Shown here piece after piece: positions 59,253-64,000 of a DNA stretch of 64,000 nt; within the stretch, counting starts at the first letter, position 1; each line of letters starts with the position of its first letter. The DNA is from Guillardia theta CCMP2712. Taxonomy: Eukaryota > Protista > Cryptophyta. A program made the translations under genes and the position numbers. The stretch is taken from positions 352,595 through 416,594 of the forward strand of contig NW_005434599.1 in the NCBI RefSeq assembly GCF_000315625.1. Direction: 5' to 3'. Below the pieces are notes generated by a model. That model saw only the letters and a program-made list of their open reading frames with translations, had not been told where the DNA came from and did no database searches.

Positions 59253-62200
59253 TTACACGTCTGCTTTCGGCGTCTGGTCGAGCCTCAGAACAAGGTCTGC
59301 CCTGACATCATGCTTGACAGCTCCAGCTACTAGCTTGTCTCTGCCCGAGACTCCTCTCCTGTTGTCGCCGTCCTGCACTTCTTTCCTTGCTCGTGCTCTC
59401 CGGGATTCATGGTCTGAACGACCGCCATGATGTCGTGCTCCCTGCTGCCTATTGGTTTCCTCATTCTTCATTTCAGCCTGCTCGCGCCGCTTTGCTGTGA
59501 TGTTCGAGCGCTGTCTTCTCTCCTCATTGATCTCCTTGCCATGTCTTCTCTCCTTCTTTGGCTCTCTGTCCTGACGTCTTGCAAACTTGGTGTTGTCCTC
59601 AGAGGCATGGGAAGAAGCGCTCATCCTAGTGCTGGAGATGCTGGACAGCTTGTCCACGTCCCTCCGTCTTGCAGCAGTTCGAGACGTGACATCTCCTGCT
59701 TCACTTCGTTCCAATTGATGTGACGCTGTCTTATCGCTCCTCTCCTCCCCTTCCTCTTTGGAACGCGCCCTCCTCCCCTCCTGAGAGGTCGAAGTTCGAG
59801 AGGTGCGGAGCCTGCCATGCTTCGAGACGGGAGTTTCAGATCGGACGTCTGAAGTGACGTCTTGAGGAGCCGGCGGTTTCAACCCGTTCCCTTTCAGTCT
59901 TTCCCTTGACTTGGAGCTGTCGTCTCCTCCCCGGATGAGCGACTTCTTCTCCTTCCCCCTTCTCTCCTGCTCGCCTCCCCCTCCTGCCGTGTGCTCTTGC
60001 TCGTTGCTGGTGCCATCCTTGACATGGTTGCCCGTCGTCTCCGGCGGATCCACCAAGGACTTGAGGTCTGTGGTGCTGTCGTACATCCTGCTACAATCGT
60101 GACTACAACCATGGGGCTCGGAGCCTCCAGCAAGGTTCACCGTGTAAGGGAGCTCGCACGTCGTGACCCTCTCCGTGACAGCGACCTGACAAGTCGCAGG
60201 TCACTCGCAGTGTTGGGTGGGCAAAGGACTCACTTGAGCATTGACTTCCTGCGCTCAGCCTCGGCCAGGAAGCTCGTCTTGCGTCGGACCTTGACGCACC
60301 AAACTTTCCTGGGACGAGGTCATCCATTTTAACGCATATCAGTCATTGGCTACCAGATGTTGGCAAACTGAAGGTAGGTAAGATTGGCTGTGCCAGGCAC
60401 GATGGCGATGTTTTTGGTCAGGCCGTAGCCAATCTGAGACATGATGACAGAGACAACGAGGTTGATGACGACGAAGTTTGCGATGGCGATGAAGAGAGGG
60501 ATGAAAGCGTAGGCCTGACCAGAGCCGTCAGCTATGAGCGATGGGTCCTGATACTTGAAGGGCCAACTTACCGTCATAGATCCGCAGGTAGAGTCGCAGT
60601 CTGTCGACCGTGAGCATGAGATCAAGGAGCCGTCGGCGATCTGCGCGGGGGGGACTTAGAAAGAGGCTGCACCACCTGCTGATCAAACCATCTGCAGCTC
60701 TGTCCCGGTCACGCAGCCTTGAAACAGATGTCGGAGCTTAACAAGATAGACCTGATCTCTACCTCAGCTGCACATCTCCTCATTGCATCCCTGACCTCTT
60801 GCTCAAGCGTGTCCTTGGCCGTCCTGCACTGAGCAAGAAGCTCCTTGGCCGCTTCAAGGTAGCCTCCATCGTAGAATCAGCAGGCGCGAAGGAGATGATC
60901 TACCCGCGGTACCTTCCTTGCGAGGGTAGAGCGCAGAGGAGGTCCCGTACATCTTGAGCAGAGGAGACCTGTGCAGATTTCAATTCTCTCCTCAGGCTGG
61001 GACAGCCTACCAGGAATCTCCGCTCGCCATGCGGAAGAGGGTCAGGAACGCAACCCCGAGGTTCCGGAAGGAAGCAGTGTACGGGAGGAGGAGCTGGGGT
61101 TGGAGCATTCTACATCTGAAGTCCAGAGGATCAGGGGCAAGGGAAGGAGAGCTTGACGCACCTGAACTGATGGATCTCGTCTCCTTGGACGCACATGTTC
61201 CCCATGAAGGAGATACAAATCACCCCGATGCAGAAGAAGAGGAGGAGGAGGAGTGCGCCGAGGTGCATGATCGTGACCCTCGACTTGACAATCCCTTTCA
61301 GCACTTGTCGAAGACTCTTGGGGATCGAAACTCGCTGGGGGAATGAGATCAGCTGCCGCCCTCCCTCAGACCACGTCTCATGTACCTTGGATGCTCGGAT
61401 CAGGCGGATAATGCGGAGAAGTCGGAAAATGCGAGCGAGGTTGGCGTTAAGGATGATGGATTGTGTACCCAGCGACTCGATTCCTGTGTTGATGAAGAAG
61501 ACGATGACGATGCCCCACTCGAGGAGAGACCATCTGTCAGGGCATCTCAGCGACAGGCGGGCCAACCACTCAGTCACTTGTCGAGGGTGAAGCGAGAGAG
61601 GTGGGTGGCGTAGAGCTCCATCGCCGTCATCACTGCGAAGACTTGACCGCAGAAGGAGTTGAGGCCCGTGGCGAGGTCCTGCCGGAGGTCAACGAGAGAG
61701 ACCAGGAGATGGAACAAACCTGTTGGCTCGTCGACATCTTGTAACTCGTTGCGGAGAGAGCAACGATCTGCGCGATCACCACTAGAGTTGTGAAAGCTTC
61801 CATTACGGGATGATTGAGAATCTGGTTGACGATCTGCCGACGGATGGAGGAAGTGCCGAAGATGACAGGGAGAGCTATCCTCTTGATCTTCTTGCGCGAG
61901 AAGTCTGAATCATGTCACTCGGCTCCGGCGCTGCAAGAGCGACTGACCTTGGGTCTCTATCATAGCGAGACGCTCCTTCATCTGAGTTTCTCTGAGGGCG
62001 ATCGAGTAGGATTTGACAAAGATGGCCGTGAACAAGCGCATGATGAAGAAGCCGACCTGCGCCGAACAAACAGGAAGTGAGTGAAGTGCGGGAGGACAGA
62101 AGTGAAAGAGAGTCTTGTGATCGGCTGTGAAGGGAATGGAGTCAACTCTGCGCATACATTACCATGATGATTGTCACGACCGACAACAGCATCATCTGTT

Positions 62201-64000
62201 GTTGTTTTCACGCATCAGTTCCCTTGCATGCAGCAAGATACATCACCGCAGGGCTGTACCAATTGTAGGGTCCAGTGGTGACTCCTAGAAAAAGGCAGGA
62301 GGAGGATGAGGAGGAGGGGGCAGGAACTTGATCTCACCTGTCGAGTCGACGGTGTAGAACATGATCTGCTGCCATCCCGTGTCGAGAGTCCCAATGACGT
62401 ACATGGTGAGGATCGCGTCTCCGTACCAGTCTGAGCAGCTGGTGAGTGCGAGCAAGCTCCCAGCAGGAGATCCGACCGAAAGAGTAACTTCTCGACTGCC
62501 AGTGTCTCGTTTCCCCCGTCCCGTCCAGGCCCCGGCACTCGGAGTACTCCAACACAGAGGGGTCGGAGCAGTACACCACTTGCCCGTTGAGGAACTGCCG
62601 GCTACTGTCAGAGACCTGTAGTGCCTCTGCTACCCCAACCTGCATGCCGACTATGGCAGGGATGGAGAGAAAAGCGAACAAGATGACGGAGGTGATGAGG
62701 AGAGGGTAAAGAGCTTCTGAGAGGGCAGAGAAGAGCAGCGACAGGCCCTTGAGATGTTTCAAGGCTCTCAGTGGCCGCAACCCTCGAAGAAGCCTCAGGA
62801 CCTGTCATAACTCACTGTCACACCTGCTGGCTCTCTCATCTTCACACACACAACACATCTCATCATGCACAAACATCGCGCAACGTCTACCTCTCCTCTC
62901 CTCTCTCACTTACTTTGAACGCGCCGGTGCCCTGCACTGCCCCGCTGCGAGACAAGATCTCGTCTAACATAGCCGTGCAAACAATGACGAAGTCTGCAAG
63001 GTACAGGATGTCAAACGAGGAATCAGTGACTTTTAGACGGCACCGAGTCTGTTCCAGTCCTCTTTGAAGTAAGATTCAGCAGATAGGACAATCACCTGCA
63101 TGCCCCAAAGTCAGTCGCAGTACCTCAGATCGACCTTCACCTTTGCGAGGAATTCAAACGCGAAGATGAAGTTGAGAACTGTGTTGGAAGTATCGAGAAA
63201 GAGTCGCTCGTTCGGCTGTATTCCCGGCCTGTCCAACAGTCAAGTGTGTGTAGAAGCAGTCACCCGTCATGCCACCTCTCGAGCGACAGAAGAATGCAGG
63301 AGGCCAAGGTACAGAAGGCAATGAGCCGATTGAAGTGTCGGTTCCATATCAACCTCCGAACGAGCTTTCGGAACGGGTGCAAGGGAGGCAGGAAGTACAA
63401 GGAGTCAGGTAGTTCGAGGATGTACCTGTTGCTCTCAAGTCAAGCCCGTACCAACAATCTGAAATAGCCGTACAGATGCTCTTCCAGCGCCTGCTTTCGT
63501 TGTTGCAGTCTGCGAACTTCCGCTAGGTACCTTGAAATGGAATCAGCTCATGTAAAGACGAAGCTTGGGTCAGAGACCACTGATGACTTTGCTGGTTTCG
63601 TCGAACCTCCTTGGCTTGTTCGTTCAATGTTGCTATCTCTGCCTCCAAGCTCTTTATCACAGTTTGAACCTGAGACGCAGCCAAAGTATATCGCAGTCTT
63701 CTGAATTCCGGAGTATTCCGGAACGTGGACTGCGAACGCGAGTAAGAACAAACAGACGAGAGGATGGAGGACCTCGTCGTCGAACAAGTGCTCTTTCTGG
63801 GCAGCAAGCATCAGCCGCACCATCTTTGCCTGTTTCTTCTGCTCCTTCTTCTTCCACGCAGCTGTTTGAGACTTGTATGCTTTCTCCCACAGGAAGTTTT
63901 GGAACTGCCTTGCTTTCTCAAGAACGTTCTCCTTGAACTCGGCTTCCGCCACTCGCTTCTTTGCCTTTCGGTTCCCTATCCCTCGCTGCTGCAAGATCGC
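59253..64000 (-). CDS. Four-domain voltage-gated Ca/Na-type cation channel (domains III-IV and C-tail; 5' part outside the window)
   Basis: S4 segments LRLLRGLRPLRAL and ARIFRLLRIIRLIR; pore loops IGTLDTGWQ and LFRMASGDSW; S6 NFVVINLVVSVIM. Confidence 0.88.

Overview
Gene-dense, intron-rich eukaryotic nuclear DNA, roughly 55% GC, with many 45-55 nt spliceosomal introns, CT/GA-rich tracts and one 100-N assembly gap. Short introns plus several signal-peptide + Phe bipartite leaders suggest an alga with a secondary red plastid, most likely a cryptophyte such as Guillardia (inference). About 27 protein genes were reconstructed by eye across introns: TRIC channel, ammonium transporter, SAP/repeat/EF-hand/WW protein, WD40 protein, GT37-like fucosyltransferase, FAD monooxygenase, PEX3, alpha/beta hydrolase, TruD/PUS7, COX23-like, BROMI/TBC1D32, SDR, ankyrin protein, RFC4, SHMT, COQ5, TTLL, a WW protein, a partial 4-domain cation channel and several hypotheticals. 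No rRNA, tRNA, CRISPR or transposase was recognised. Highlights: (1) an intronless, AT-rich gene fusing three RRM-like domains, a LOTUS-like segment, a HEPN-like domain, a bacterial-style Ser/Thr kinase and a SAM domain, a candidate RNA-sensing defence kinase/RNase; (2) a recurring intergenic architecture upstream of genes, made of strand-polarised TACCCC/GGGGTA tracts and GC-rich islands packed with perfect palindromes and GAGTCA motifs; (3) several normally nuclear or cytosolic domain types carrying apparent plastid/periplastid targeting leaders. Gene spans include introns, and some ends are approximate.
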